64,000 nucleotides of DNA from Vicinamibacteria bacterium (GCA_022820675.1 JAJEFC010000346.1:3387-67386); one strand, 5' to 3'; shown: positions 9,986-20,263, counted from the stretch's first letter. The notes: generated by a model from the letters alone, not told the origin. Numbers and translations: made by a program.

Positions 9986-10453
9986 TCAGGAATGCCCGGC
10001 GTGGTCCGCCACCACGTTGATCGGCGCGCGATGCTCCAGCCACGCCTTGGCCGCGATGACCACCTGGTTGAAGCCGCCGGTCGAGTCGAGCGCGGCCGCG
10101 ATGACGGTCTGCGGATCGCCGGAGTAGCCCGTCTCCTCGACACGGAGAAGCGTGGTGTCCGGACCCTTCGCCTCGAACGTCCATACGACCCTGGTGAGGC
10201 CTCCCGCGTTCTCCCACTCCATGACGATCAGGCTCGGGCGCTCGAGCGAGGTCACCTGCACTTCGAACCCGGGCGCATCCGGTTGCGCGCCGAGATACCA
10301 GGTCACCGTTTCCCCTGCGCGGAGGCCGTCGTCACGCCGCGTGAACCAGAACCGGCCCATGGTCTCCGCATTCACGAACGCGTCGAAGACATCCGTCACG
10401 GGTCTGTGAACGAGAACCTGCGCCGTTGCGGCGAGGTCCGTGGCCAGCGTCAT
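9986..10453 (-). CDS. SRPBCC (AHSA1/START-like) family protein
   Basis: 155-aa ORF with VFDAFVNAETMGRFWF and VTWYL patterns, a family resemblance to Aha1/START-fold proteins. Confidence 0.75.
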   Translation of the reverse strand: MTLATDLAATAQVLVHRPVTDVFDAFVNAETMGRFWFTRRDDGLRAGETVTWYLGAQPDAPGFEVQVTSLERPSLIVMEWENAGGLTRVVWTFEAKGPDTTLLRVEETGYSGDPQTVIAAALDSTGGFNQVVIAAKAWLEHRAPINVVADHAGHS

Positions 10454-10568
10454 GCCGGTTCCCTCCAGTCAGCGGCCTGCCGCGGGCGCCGCCGCGACAG
10501 GAACCAGTACCCGCCCAGCGCCGGCACAAGAAGCCATCCGAGGCCCATGCAGGAGGTTGCGGGAAAGG

Positions 10569-10874
10569 CTAGTCGCCGGAGGCGGGTCGTGCGGCCGAAC
10601 GTGATCCGAAATCGAGTTTCGCCGCCTTGTCGATGGTGTCTCGTACCTTGGAGCTCTTGAACAGCTCGTCGGGGTCGACGTGCAGCCCTCCCCGGGAGGT
10701 GACTTGAAAGGTCCCCGCCTCGTTTCCGCGTTCAGAACCGCTGGAAAAGAACTTGAAGATGCTCCCGAGCTTCGGCGGCACCGCTCCCTCCCCTCGGGCG
10801 GGCGCCCGGCCGGCTCCACGCGGCCTGCCGGCTACCCCATCGTAGACGCGTACGCGCCGCACTTGACCGCCCAA
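10569..10874 (-). CDS. hypothetical small protein (start uncertain)
   Basis: The ORF sits in a locally lower-GC patch. The C-terminal half (GTFQVTSRGGLHVDPDELFKSSKVRDTIDKAAKLDF) looks protein-like, while the N-terminal 30 aa are Arg/Gly-rich and may not be translated. No family recognised. Confidence 0.25.
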   Translation of the reverse strand: MGGQVRRVRVYDGVAGRPRGAGRAPARGEGAVPPKLGSIFKFFSSGSERGNEAGTFQVTSRGGLHVDPDELFKSSKVRDTIDKAAKLDFGSRSAARPASGD

Positions 10875-10928
10875 GGCCGCTCAACGCTCGCGGAGAGCGC
10901 CACCACCGTACCACACAGCCGTTTGACT

Positions 10929-12722
10929 TCAGCAGACCGCGGTCACGCAGACGGAGTCGAGGGTGCGGCCTTCGGGCGGGACCGGCAGTCCCGCCTCGGT
11001 CATCAGGGCGCGAAGCAGGGCCGCGGTCTCGGGGTGGGCGATGGACGACTGGACGCCGATGCGGACGAGGCCGTCGGCATAGTCGATGGCCTGCCAGGTG
11101 ACGCCGGCCAGGGCGTGGATGCTGTCGCGGCTGCCGTGGTCGCGGGCCGCGAGGTCGGCGCCGTGGTGGACGAGCGTCCGCACCACGTCGTTGCGGCCCT
11201 TGTGGGCGGCGCCGTGCAGAGCGGTGCGCCCGTCCCGGTCCGCCGCGTTGACGTCGGCGCCGAGCTCCAGCAGCAGCCGCACCGTGGCCAGGGTGTCGGC
11301 CTCGGACCACTCGTAGGTCACGCCCTCGACCCAGCCGATGCCGGACGCGACCATCAGGGGGGTGGTGCCGTTGGTCGTGGGCAGTGCGGGATCGGCCCCG
11401 TGCTCGAGCAGGAGCCGTAGCAGGGTCAGGTCGCCGGACTGCGCGGCGCGCAGGAACGGCGTCGCGCCCGGCTCGTACAGCCACTGGTGGGTGAAGATGG
11501 TGCGCGTCTCGGTGCTCGACGCCATCCGCGGGTTGGGGTCGGCGCCCGCGGCGAGGAGCAAGCCGATCAGCTCCAGGTGGTCGACGTCGGGCATGCGGGT
11601 GGGGTAGTCGCCGGACTCGATGTTGCGGTTGTCCGTCGCGATGTAGAGCGGCGACCAGCCTCCCTCGTTGGCGATGTTCGGGTCCGCGCCCCGCTCGAGC
11701 AGGAAGGCCGCCAGCCGGTAGTACCGGTTGTGGACGGCGGTCAGCAGCGGCGTCCAGCCGTACTCCGTCGTCTGGTTCACGTCCGCGCCCGCGTCGAGGA
11801 GCAGGCGCGCCGATTCGAGATCGCCCTGCCGTGCCGCGAAGACGAGTGCGGTGAGGCCCCCCGTGAGGGGACGGGTACGGCGGCGTGGGCCGCGCGGCGG
11901 CGGTGAAGCCGCATCACCGGGGCCGGCGGCGCGCCCGGCGTCCACGTCGTCCGGCGTTTCGACCGGCTCGCCGCCCGGATCGTCGGTGCCGGCGACGGCA
12001 TCCCGATCCGGCCGCGTCTGTGGCGGCACGTCGCTGAGATCCGCGGTGCGGGCGGGTGCGCCCGCCTGACCCACGCCCCGCCGTGCGTCCTCGATGCGGT
12101 CGCGCGCGATCGGGGCCAGGTACGGCCCCCGCCCCATCGGCACCGTCTTCGAACGGGCGGAGACGTCCGCGCCTCGCTCGACGAGCCGGCGGACAGCGTC
12201 CGGCCGCTCGTTCGCCGCCGCCCACATGAGCGCCGTCGTGCCGCGGCGCTCCTCGGCCGCGTTCACGTCTGCGCCGTGGTCCAGCAGCGCGTCGATCACC
12301 GCCGTGCGCCCGGTCCGCGCGGCCATCATCAGCGGCGTCTCACCGCCCGGCAGACGCTCGTCGGGGTCGGCGCCGGCCCGGAGCAGCCGCTCCACCAGCG
12401 CGGCGCCCGCGCCCGCGGCGGCGAGCGACAAGGGCGTTACCCCGGCCCGGTTCGCCGCCCCGACGTCGGCGCCGGCGTCGATGAGCAGCCCGGCCGCGGT
12501 CGCGTCGTCCAGATAGGCGGCCCAGTGCAGCGCCGTCGCGCCGTCCGCGGCCCGCCCGTCGACGTCCGCTCCCTCGTCGAGGAGCGTGCCGACGGCCGCT
12601 GCGTCGCCGCCGCGGACCGCCTCGATCAGCGGCGGCTCGGCCGCCGACGCCGACAGGCTGGCCCCGCCCGCGAGCAGCACCGCGAGCACCGCGGTGGAAG
12701 GATGGATGTCTCGGCGCTGCAT
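10929..12722 (-). CDS. ankyrin-repeat protein, secreted
   Basis: ATG at 12722 (MQRRDIHPSTAVLAVLLAGGASLSASA). Many ankyrin units are visible, including GATALHWAA, GVTPLSLAA, GETPLMMAA, GTTALMWAA, GWTPLLTAV and GRTALHGAAHKG, each followed by LLxxGADxN. Confidence 0.85.
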   Translation of the reverse strand: MQRRDIHPSTAVLAVLLAGGASLSASAAEPPLIEAVRGGDAAAVGTLLDEGADVDGRAADGATALHWAAYLDDATAAGLLIDAGADVGAANRAGVTPLSLAAAGAGAALVERLLRAGADPDERLPGGETPLMMAARTGRTAVIDALLDHGADVNAAEERRGTTALMWAAANERPDAVRRLVERGADVSARSKTVPMGRGPYLAPIARDRIEDARRGVGQAGAPARTADLSDVPPQTRPDRDAVAGTDDPGGEPVETPDDVDAGRAAGPGDAASPPPRGPRRRTRPLTGGLTALVFAARQGDLESARLLLDAGADVNQTTEYGWTPLLTAVHNRYYRLAAFLLERGADPNIANEGGWSPLYIATDNRNIESGDYPTRMPDVDHLELIGLLLAAGADPNPRMASSTETRTIFTHQWLYEPGATPFLRAAQSGDLTLLRLLLEHGADPALPTTNGTTPLMVASGIGWVEGVTYEWSEADTLATVRLLLELGADVNAADRDGRTALHGAAHKGRNDVVRTLVHHGADLAARDHGSRDSIHALAGVTWQAIDYADGLVRIGVQSSIAHPETAALLRALMTEAGLPVPPEGRTLDSVCVTAVC

Positions 12723-12833
12723 GGTGTTCCCCTGGTTTCTGCCTCGTCCGTGGCCGTTTGCCGTCATCTTCCGACCATCGGTGGTGCGCCCGGTCGGATC
12801 GAACGGGCCGTACGCGCGGACGGGGTGTTCGCG

Positions 12834-12951
12834 TTCCTTCCTCCGGCGGCCGGCGGTGCGCCTCGCGCCCGGCTACGGCGACTGCGGCGGACGCTTCCTT
12901 CCGGCGGCCGGCGGTGCGCCTCGCGCCCGGTACGGCGACTGCGGCGGACGC
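12834..12951. repeat. intergenic tandem direct repeat, 61 + 57 nt
   Basis: ttccttc(ctc)cggcggccggcggtgcgcctcgcgcccgg(c)tacggcgactgcggcggacgc occurs twice back to back (12834-12894 and 12895-12951). The copies differ only by a 3-nt and a 1-nt indel. Confidence 0.9.
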
Positions 12952-13055
12952 TTCTGCCGCGACGACCCCGACGGACCCTGCCTCGCCTCGGCGCCGACGA
13001 GGGAATCCGGGGGCGGACGCGTGGCACCCGCCGACTCGTTGGCTGCTCGACGCCC

Positions 13056-14393
13056 TCAGAGCCCGGCCAGCCGGCCCGTGCTGTCGCCGATGCGGTCGAG
13101 GTGTCCGCCGAACATGTCCGTGATGCTGAGCAGCAGGTTCCCGCTCGTCACGCCGCGTTGCGGGTAGGCGAGGTGCCGCCCGCCCGCGAGCTGCCCCGAG
13201 GCGCCGCCGATCAGCACGTGCGGCACGTCGTAGTGCAGGTGCTGGTTCGAGTTCCCCATGTTCGAGCCGTAGAGCACCAGCGCATGGTCCAGCAGGGTCC
13301 CGTCGCCGTCGGGCGTCGACCGCAGCCTCTCGATGAAACGGGCGAGCGTCGCCACGTGGTACCGGTTGAGCATGGCGTACTCGCGCACCCGGCTCGGCTC
13401 CTCGGCGTGGTGCGACGCCCCGTGGAAGCTGACGTTGGTGCCGCTCTCGGGATAGACCCGGCCCGTCAGGTCGCGGGCGTAGAGCAGCGTGGCCACGCGG
13501 GTGATGTCCGCCTGGAACGCGAGGGCCAGCAGGTCGAGCTGCAGCCTGATGTGCTCGTCGAACGACGCCGGCACGCCCCAGGGCATCGTCACGTCCGGGG
13601 TCTCGACCGACGCCCGCGCCGCCACCTCGAGCCGCCGCTCGATCTCGCGCACGTCCGACAGGTACTGGTCGAGCCGGACGCGGTCGCCGGCCCCCACGTC
13701 GACCCGCAGGCGGGCGAGGCTCTCGGTGATCGAGTCGAGGATGCTGCGCTGCTGCGCGCGGCGGCGGAGCCGCTCCTCGGCCGTGCTCCCGTCGCCGAAC
13801 ATCCGCTCGAACACCACCTGCGGGTTGATCTCCATCGGGAGGGGCCGGGTCGGCGTCTGCCACGAGATGGAGTTCGTGTAGGCGCAACTGTAGCCCTCGC
13901 CGCAGTTGCTCGAGTTGGCGCCGGGGTCCTCGACCGCGAGCTGCAGCGAGGGCAGCAGCGTGTCCTGGCCGATGCGCCGCGCGATGAGCTGGTCGATGGT
14001 GGTGCCGGCGCGGATGTCCGCGCCGGTCGTCTTCTTCGGCTTGTCGGCGCAGAGGTAGGCCGCCGCGACGAAGTGGTCGGCCCCCGTCACCCCGGGCGGC
14101 GACTCGGCCGAGCGCGACCAGAGCCCGCTCGTGAGGACCACCTGGTCGCGGAACGGCTCTAGCGGCTCCCAGATGTACGGGTACGTGAAGTCCCGGCCGA
14201 CCGTGTCGGGAATCCAGTAGCCGGGGGCGGCGCCGTGGGGGATGAAGATGCCGGTGAACCGCGTCGGCGTCGGCGCCGCGGCCCGCAGCGGCGTGGCCGC
14301 CGGCACCATCGACTCGAGCAGCGGCAGCGCGATGGTCGCGCCCATCCCCCGCAGGACCGTCCGGCGCGGCACGCGCCGCTTCGCGATGAACAT
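13056..14393 (-). CDS. DUF1552 domain-containing protein (Tat-signal)
   Basis: N-terminus MFIAKRRVPRRTVLRGMGATIALPLLESM and the later blocks (LPSLQL, YTNSISW, FERMFG, NQHLHYDVP) match my memory of the DUF1552 family. That family pairs with DUF1592-type proteins, and the next gene is one. Confidence 0.85.
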   Translation of the reverse strand: MFIAKRRVPRRTVLRGMGATIALPLLESMVPAATPLRAAAPTPTRFTGIFIPHGAAPGYWIPDTVGRDFTYPYIWEPLEPFRDQVVLTSGLWSRSAESPPGVTGADHFVAAAYLCADKPKKTTGADIRAGTTIDQLIARRIGQDTLLPSLQLAVEDPGANSSNCGEGYSCAYTNSISWQTPTRPLPMEINPQVVFERMFGDGSTAEERLRRRAQQRSILDSITESLARLRVDVGAGDRVRLDQYLSDVREIERRLEVAARASVETPDVTMPWGVPASFDEHIRLQLDLLALAFQADITRVATLLYARDLTGRVYPESGTNVSFHGASHHAEEPSRVREYAMLNRYHVATLARFIERLRSTPDGDGTLLDHALVLYGSNMGNSNQHLHYDVPHVLIGGASGQLAGGRHLAYPQRGVTSGNLLLSITDMFGGHLDRIGDSTGRLAGL

Positions 14394-14468
14394 CGTCAGC
14401 CTCCCTGCTTGCCCAGCCGCCGCTCTTCCTCGTTCATCCGGGCCGAGTGAGAGCGGTCCCTTCCGTAG

Positions 14469-16907
14469 TCAGGGGCGAGCCGCCGCCGGGTCTCCGCTCT
14501 TCTCGTTCATCCGGAACGCGTCGCTCCGCACCACGCCCAGCACCAGCGCCGTGAAGCGGTAGTCGTCGGCCGCCGCCTCGCGCACGATCGCCCGCACCGC
14601 CGGCATGTCGTGGTGCTCGACCCCGCGCCCGAGGGCGTAGGTCAGCAGCTTCTCCGTCACCGTCCGCACGAACTGGTCCGAGTACCGCAGCAGATACCGC
14701 CTCAGGCCGGCCGGGCCGTCGATGGCGCGCCCGTCGTACAGCACGTCCGAGGCGTCGACGGGGACCCCCTGCTCGTGGTCGCGCCAGCCGCCGATGGCGT
14801 CGAAGTTCTCCAGCGAGAACCCGATGGGGTCCATCAGCCGGTGGCACGCCGCGCACACGGGGTTCCCGCGGTGCGCCTCCATCTTCTCCCGCATCGTCGG
14901 CTCGCGGGCGTTGCCGGCGGGGTCGTCGGCCGGCGGCGGCAGGTCGGGCACGTCGGGCGGCGGGTCGGGGGGCAGGACGCCCAGCAGGTTCTGCAGCACC
15001 CACTTGCCCCGCTGTACCGGCGACGTGCGGCCGGGCTGCGACGACACCGTCAGGATGCCGCCCTTGCCCAGCAGCCCGCGCCGGGCGTCGTGCGCGTCGC
15101 CGAGCACGACGCGGCGGAACCGGCTGCCGGCGACGTCCGGGATGCCGTAGTGGCGGGCGAGCCGCTCGTCGACGAAGGTGTAGTCGGCCGTCAACAGGTC
15201 GAGCACGCTGCGGTCCTCGGTCACGAGGCTCGCGAAGAGCAGCTCGGTCTCGCGGCGGAGCGCCTGCCGCAGGTTGTCGTCGAAGTCGGGGAACCGCTCG
15301 ACGACCGGCACTTGGCTCTCGAGACCCCGGAGGGTCAGCCACTGGCCCGCGAAGTTGGCGGACAGGGCCGCCGACCGCGAGTCGGCCAGCATCCGCCGCA
15401 CCTGGGCTTCGAGGACGGCAGGCTCGCGCAGGCGGCCCCGCTCGGCGAGGTCGAGCAGCTCGTCGTCGGGGGCGCTGCTCCACAGGAAGAACGACAGCCG
15501 CGAGGCCAGCTCGAGGTCGCCGATGAGGTAGGCGTCGCCCGGCGCGAGGTCCGGCGGCTCGACCTCGACGCGGTAGATGAACCGCGGGTCGGCGAGAATC
15601 CGCTGCAGCCCCATCTCGATGCCGGCCTCGAAGCCGCCGCCGTCGCGGCCCAGCCGGTAGAAGCCCATGACGGTGTCGAGGTCGGCGGCGTTCACCGGCT
15701 GCCGGTAGGCGCGGCGGGCCAGGGTCGACAGGATCTCCTCGGCGCAGGCGTCCTCGTCCTCGTCGCCGCTCGGACGGCAGACGAAGATGCGCCGGCGGCT
15801 CGGCGTGTCGTCGGCCCCGGCCGCGTCGTAGGGGCCGTCGATGCGGAGGCTGCCGACGTGGGGATGGAAGGTGAAGCCCGGCAGGCCCCCCGTCTCGATG
15901 GTGCTGCGCAGGAACGCGTCGTTCAGGTCGAGGCCGGGGGCGAGGTTCGTGGCGAGGAACGTGACGCCGACGGTGTGCGGGCCGGCGGCGACCGGGAGCC
16001 GCAGGTCGATGGCGAGCTCGCGGGCGCCGCGTCCGAACTGCCCGACCCCCAGCGCGTCGTCCCAGTCGACGAGGGCCACGCGCTCGCCGTCGAGGAGGAT
16101 CTCGAGCTGCTCGCCCCGCACCTCGCCGAAGGGCCGGGTGTTGCCCATGTTGCCCATGTTCACCGGCACCACCCGGAGCACGTACTCGCCGTCGGCGGGG
16201 AAGTGGTGCTCCACGCGCAACCCGCCCCGCGTGCCGAACGGCAGCCCCTCCACGTGGTAGCTCTGGGTGGCGTCCTCGGCGACGCGGTAGACGGTCTGGG
16301 TCGGCGTCGTCACGTTGCCGACCGCGAGCCGGCTGATGCGCGCCGCCGCCGTCAGGTACGCCTCGATGAGGGCCGGCGACAGGCTCAGCGTCCCCGCCTG
16401 GTTGTCGAACCCCCGGCTCGAGTCGTCGGCGGGCAGCAGCCGCGCCGCGTCGACCTCCACCGCCAGCAGATCGCGGACGACGTTGGCGTACTCGGTGCGG
16501 TTCAGGCGGTGCAGACCCGGCGGCGGGAGGCGGCGCACCGCGTGGCGGTCGAGCTCGGCCTCGAGCCACTCGGTCAGCGCGGCGTAGGTCTCGGGGTCCG
16601 GGCGCGGCGAGCCGGCCGGCGGCATCATGCCGGCCCGCAGCCGCCGCACGCCACGTTCGAGGACCTCGGCGTGATCGGCCACGCGGGCCAGATCGACGGC
16701 GTCCCACATGACGCCGGTGTCGCGTCCGATCGCCGACCGCTGGTTGTGGCAGCGTACGCAGTACTCGTCGAGGAGCGTCCGCGCGTCCGCTACGGCCATG
16801 ACGCTGGCGCGGGCCTCCGGGACGGGCGAAGCCGGCGCGGTCGCCTGCGCCCAGACGTTCGCCGTGAACGCCGCCACGCAGCCTGCCGCGAGGAGTCCAA
16901 CTCTCAT
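14469..16907 (-). CDS. DUF1592/DUF1588/DUF1587/DUF1585/DUF1595-type multidomain protein with cytochrome c motif
   Basis: ATG at 16907 followed by a signal peptide. CVRCHN and CAACH motifs are present. Its size and its position directly upstream of DUF1552 fit the known gene pair. Confidence 0.8.
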   Translation of the reverse strand: MRVGLLAAGCVAAFTANVWAQATAPASPVPEARASVMAVADARTLLDEYCVRCHNQRSAIGRDTGVMWDAVDLARVADHAEVLERGVRRLRAGMMPPAGSPRPDPETYAALTEWLEAELDRHAVRRLPPPGLHRLNRTEYANVVRDLLAVEVDAARLLPADDSSRGFDNQAGTLSLSPALIEAYLTAAARISRLAVGNVTTPTQTVYRVAEDATQSYHVEGLPFGTRGGLRVEHHFPADGEYVLRVVPVNMGNMGNTRPFGEVRGEQLEILLDGERVALVDWDDALGVGQFGRGARELAIDLRLPVAAGPHTVGVTFLATNLAPGLDLNDAFLRSTIETGGLPGFTFHPHVGSLRIDGPYDAAGADDTPSRRRIFVCRPSGDEDEDACAEEILSTLARRAYRQPVNAADLDTVMGFYRLGRDGGGFEAGIEMGLQRILADPRFIYRVEVEPPDLAPGDAYLIGDLELASRLSFFLWSSAPDDELLDLAERGRLREPAVLEAQVRRMLADSRSAALSANFAGQWLTLRGLESQVPVVERFPDFDDNLRQALRRETELLFASLVTEDRSVLDLLTADYTFVDERLARHYGIPDVAGSRFRRVVLGDAHDARRGLLGKGGILTVSSQPGRTSPVQRGKWVLQNLLGVLPPDPPPDVPDLPPPADDPAGNAREPTMREKMEAHRGNPVCAACHRLMDPIGFSLENFDAIGGWRDHEQGVPVDASDVLYDGRAIDGPAGLRRYLLRYSDQFVRTVTEKLLTYALGRGVEHHDMPAVRAIVREAAADDYRFTALVLGVVRSDAFRMNEKSGDPAAARP

Positions 16908-17339
16908 GGGCGCGTCCCCGTGATACCTGTTTCGGCCGACTCTACCACGGTGGGAAGGCCCGGACAATGCGGCGTGGACGGCGCGGTGCACGTCAGGAAA
17001 GTTGCAGATTCGCGGTTGCGAGCATTTCGGGGCCAGGTTTGGCGTGCGAACGGGCGGCTTTCGGCGAAGTGCTCGCGCGGCAGAGGCGGGTCCCACAAGA
17101 TCTGACGTGCACCCTGGACGGCGCGGGTGCGCCGGTCGCGAGGTCCCGCCCAGGACGGCCGACGTGCATGATCGGTGACGACGGTTCCCGGACGGCCGGC
17201 GGGTCGCCGGCCGGCGCGACGCACACCGCGCTGCCTTGTGCGGCCGGTCGTCGCCGGGCTACGATCCGGGCCTGTGCCGGGGCAAGCGTGGAGCCTGTCG
17301 GCGTGCGTCCGTGGCAGCGGATGGAGCTAGAGTGGACAG

Positions 17340-19157
17340 ATGACCAAGTTGGCAAACGTCGTCGGCGTGATTCTCGCGGTTCTGGCCCTCGCGTCGGGCG
17401 GGGCGTCGGCGCAGTCCGGGACGAACGGGGAGCCGTCGTCGATCCGGGCCAACGTCGAGTACCTGGCCTCGGACGAGCTGGAGGGGCGGTTCACGGGCAG
17501 CGAAGGCATCCGCAAGGCCGCCGACCGCATCATCGCCGAGCTGGAGGCGATAGGGGCGGGGCCGCTGCCGGGGGTCGGCGACTTCCGCCTCCCGTTCGAG
17601 TACACCGGTTCGGCCCGCGACGGGGGAAGCACCCTGGCGCTCGAGACCGCGGACGGGCAGAGCCGGGACTTCGCCGACTCGGTGCGGGGGCTCTCGTTCT
17701 CGGAGTCGACGACGGCGAGCGGGCCGCTGGTGTTCGCGGGCTACGGGCTGGTGATACCCGAGACCGACGGGTTCAGCTACGACAGCTTCGCGACCCTCGA
17801 CGTCGCCGACAAGATCGTGCTCGTGCTGCGGTACTTCCCCGAAGACAGCGAGGGCGACCTGCGGGCGCTGTTCTCGCGCTACTCGGACCTGCGGTTCAAG
17901 GCGGCGGCGCTGCGCCAGCGGGGGGCGCTGGGCATGGTGGTGGTGACCGGTCCCCGGTCGCCGGGGGCGGGCCGGCTGGTGAGGATGACGGCGGACGCGG
18001 CCGTCGCCGACTCCGGCATCGCCGCCGTCAGCGTGACCGGCGAGGTCGCCGACGCGCTGTTCGAGCGGGTGCCCGACCGGACCCTCGAGGATGCGCAGCG
18101 GGAGCTCGACGACGGGAACCCCCACGTGGCCGGCTTCGAGATTCCCGTCGAGGCGACCGTCGACGCGCGGGTGAGCCGCGAGCGGCGGACCGGCTACAAC
18201 GTGGTGGGCTATCTGCCGCCGACGGCGGCGGAGCCTCACGACGAGCCTTACGTCGCGCTGGGCGCCCACTACGACCATCTCGGGCGCGGCGAGAGCGGCT
18301 CGCTGGCCGGGGCCGACGCGGCCGGCGAGGTGCACAACGGGGCCGACGACAACGCGTCGGGGGTCGCCGCGGTGCTCGCGGCGGGGGCCGAGCTGGCCGC
18401 CCGCGACCGTGCGCGCGGGGTGGTGCTGGCCTTCTGGTCGGGCGAGGAGATCGGCCTGCTGGGCTCGGCCGAGTTCGCGAGGAACGGACCGCTGCCGATG
18501 GACGAGGTCGCCGCCTACGTCAACTTCGACATGGTCGGGCGCATGCGCGACAACGCGCTGACCGCGCAGGGGCTCGGCAGCAGCAGCGTCTGGCCGGGCC
18601 TGGTCGACGAGGTGAACGGCGCGTTCGGGTTCGATCTCCAGCGGGTCACCGATCCCTACCTGCCGACCGACTCCATCAGCTTCATCGAGGCCGACGTGCC
18701 GAGCCTGGCCCTGTTCACCGGCAGCCACCCCGACTATCACCGCCCGAGCGACGACACCGACACCATCAACTTCCCCGACCTCGAGCGGACCGCCCGCTAC
18801 GGCGCGGCGGTCGCGGCGCGCCTCGTCGACGAGCCCGCGCCCCCGGACTTCGTGGCGGTCGAGCGGACCGCGCAGCCGGGGCGGGCGATGACCCGCATCA
18901 CCACCGGCACCATCCCCGACTACGGGGCCGAGATCGAGGGGCTGCGGCTGTCGGGGGTCATGGCCGGAGGGCCGGCCGCGCGGGCCGGTCTCGAGGCGGG
19001 CGACATCATCGTCGAGATGGCCGGGGTCACCGTGGGCAACATCTACGACTACATGGGCGCGCTCGACCTGCTCAAGGCCGACGAGCCGTCCGCCGTCGTC
19101 TTCATGCGCGACGGGGAGCGGCGCGAGACGCAGCTCGTGCCCGTGGCCAGGGACTAG
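17340..19157 (+). CDS. M28 family metallopeptidase with C-terminal PDZ domain
   Basis: Signal peptide present. YLASDELEGRFTGSEG, GAHYDHLG, NGADDNASGVA and HPDYHRPSDD are M28 hallmarks. The C-terminal GGPAARAGLEAGDIIVEMAG is PDZ-like. Confidence 0.85.
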   Translation: MTKLANVVGVILAVLALASGGASAQSGTNGEPSSIRANVEYLASDELEGRFTGSEGIRKAADRIIAELEAIGAGPLPGVGDFRLPFEYTGSARDGGSTLALETADGQSRDFADSVRGLSFSESTTASGPLVFAGYGLVIPETDGFSYDSFATLDVADKIVLVLRYFPEDSEGDLRALFSRYSDLRFKAAALRQRGALGMVVVTGPRSPGAGRLVRMTADAAVADSGIAAVSVTGEVADALFERVPDRTLEDAQRELDDGNPHVAGFEIPVEATVDARVSRERRTGYNVVGYLPPTAAEPHDEPYVALGAHYDHLGRGESGSLAGADAAGEVHNGADDNASGVAAVLAAGAELAARDRARGVVLAFWSGEEIGLLGSAEFARNGPLPMDEVAAYVNFDMVGRMRDNALTAQGLGSSSVWPGLVDEVNGAFGFDLQRVTDPYLPTDSISFIEADVPSLALFTGSHPDYHRPSDDTDTINFPDLERTARYGAAVAARLVDEPAPPDFVAVERTAQPGRAMTRITTGTIPDYGAEIEGLRLSGVMAGGPAARAGLEAGDIIVEMAGVTVGNIYDYMGALDLLKADEPSAVVFMRDGERRETQLVPVARD

Positions 19158-19267
19158 TCTAGGGGTCTAGGGGAGTCCGAGCCGCCCGGGAATCTGGTAG
19201 TAAGCGTCGTGATCGTGCACCGGGGGCGGGAGCGCCGGCCCCTCACGCGGTGAGAAGGAGACGTCAC

Positions 19268-20263
19268 GTGACTCGACAAACCCTCGTCTCGATCGGCGTC
19301 CTGGCCGCCGCCGCGGCGGTCGTCGTGTGCTCCGCCGGCACGGCCGCCGCCCAGGGCGACTACGTGGCCCCGCGCACCGAGTACGGTCATCCCGACCTCC
19401 AGGGGTTCTGGACGAACCAGACCTACACGCCGCTGGAACGGCCGCGGGACGTGGACAAGGCGTTCTACACCGAGGAGGAGGCGGCGGCCATCTGGCAGGG
19501 GAGGGCGAGCCGGGAGTCGTCGCTGACCACGCCGGGCACGATTCCCGACGTGCACTACGACTTCACGCAGTTCGGGCTCGACCGCAGCCAGTCCACGATG
19601 ACCTCGAACCTGCGCACGTCGCTGATCGTCGACCCCCCGAGCGGGCGGCTTCCGCCGGTGACGGCCGAGGGGCAGCGGCGCGCGGCCGAGCGCCGGGCGG
19701 CGCGGGAGGCGCGGGGCGGCCAGTACGACCGGGCCGAGAACCTGCCGCTGGGCGCCCGCTGCATCATCACCGGCAGCGCCGGGCCGCCCATGCTGAACGC
19801 GGGCTACAACGCCAACTTCCACATCGTGCAGGGCCGCGACCACGTGATGATCCTGCTCGAGCAGCTCCACAACGCCCGCATCATCCCCGTCGACGACCGT
19901 CCCCGGCCGCCGGAGGCGACCCGGCAGTGGATGGGGGTGCCTCGGGGCCGGTGGGAGGGCGACACGCTCGTCGTCGAGACCACCAACATCAACGGCAAGA
20001 ACCCGTTCCGGGGGTCCAGCGACCGGATGCGCGTGGTCGAACGGTTCACGCGGGTGGCCGACGACGACATCCTGTACACGTTCACGGTGGAGGACCCGGC
20101 GACGTGGGCCCGCCCCTGGACGGCCGAGATGCCCATGAAGAGGTCGCGCGGGCCGCTCTTCGAGCACGCCTGCCACGAGGGGAACTACGGCCTGTTCAAC
20201 ATCCTTGCCGGCGCGCGCGCCGAGGAGGCGCGGGCCGCGGCCGAGCAACAGCAACAGGACTAG
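19268..20263 (+). CDS. secreted protein of unknown function (conserved C-terminal ACHEGNYG motif); paralogue of 41995..42984
   Basis: GTG at 19268 lies 7 nt after AAGGAG. The track ORF starts at GTG 19250. Signal peptide ends in TAAAQG. It aligns along its whole length with the 41995 gene: PDLQGFWTN/PDIQGVWTN, IVDPPSGRLP/IVDPPNGRLP, RGRWEGDTLVVETTN/RGRWEGNTLVVETTN and ACHEGNYGL in both. Confidence 0.7.
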   Translation: MTRQTLVSIGVLAAAAAVVVCSAGTAAAQGDYVAPRTEYGHPDLQGFWTNQTYTPLERPRDVDKAFYTEEEAAAIWQGRASRESSLTTPGTIPDVHYDFTQFGLDRSQSTMTSNLRTSLIVDPPSGRLPPVTAEGQRRAAERRAAREARGGQYDRAENLPLGARCIITGSAGPPMLNAGYNANFHIVQGRDHVMILLEQLHNARIIPVDDRPRPPEATRQWMGVPRGRWEGDTLVVETTNINGKNPFRGSSDRMRVVERFTRVADDDILYTFTVEDPATWARPWTAEMPMKRSRGPLFEHACHEGNYGLFNILAGARAEEARAAAEQQQQD

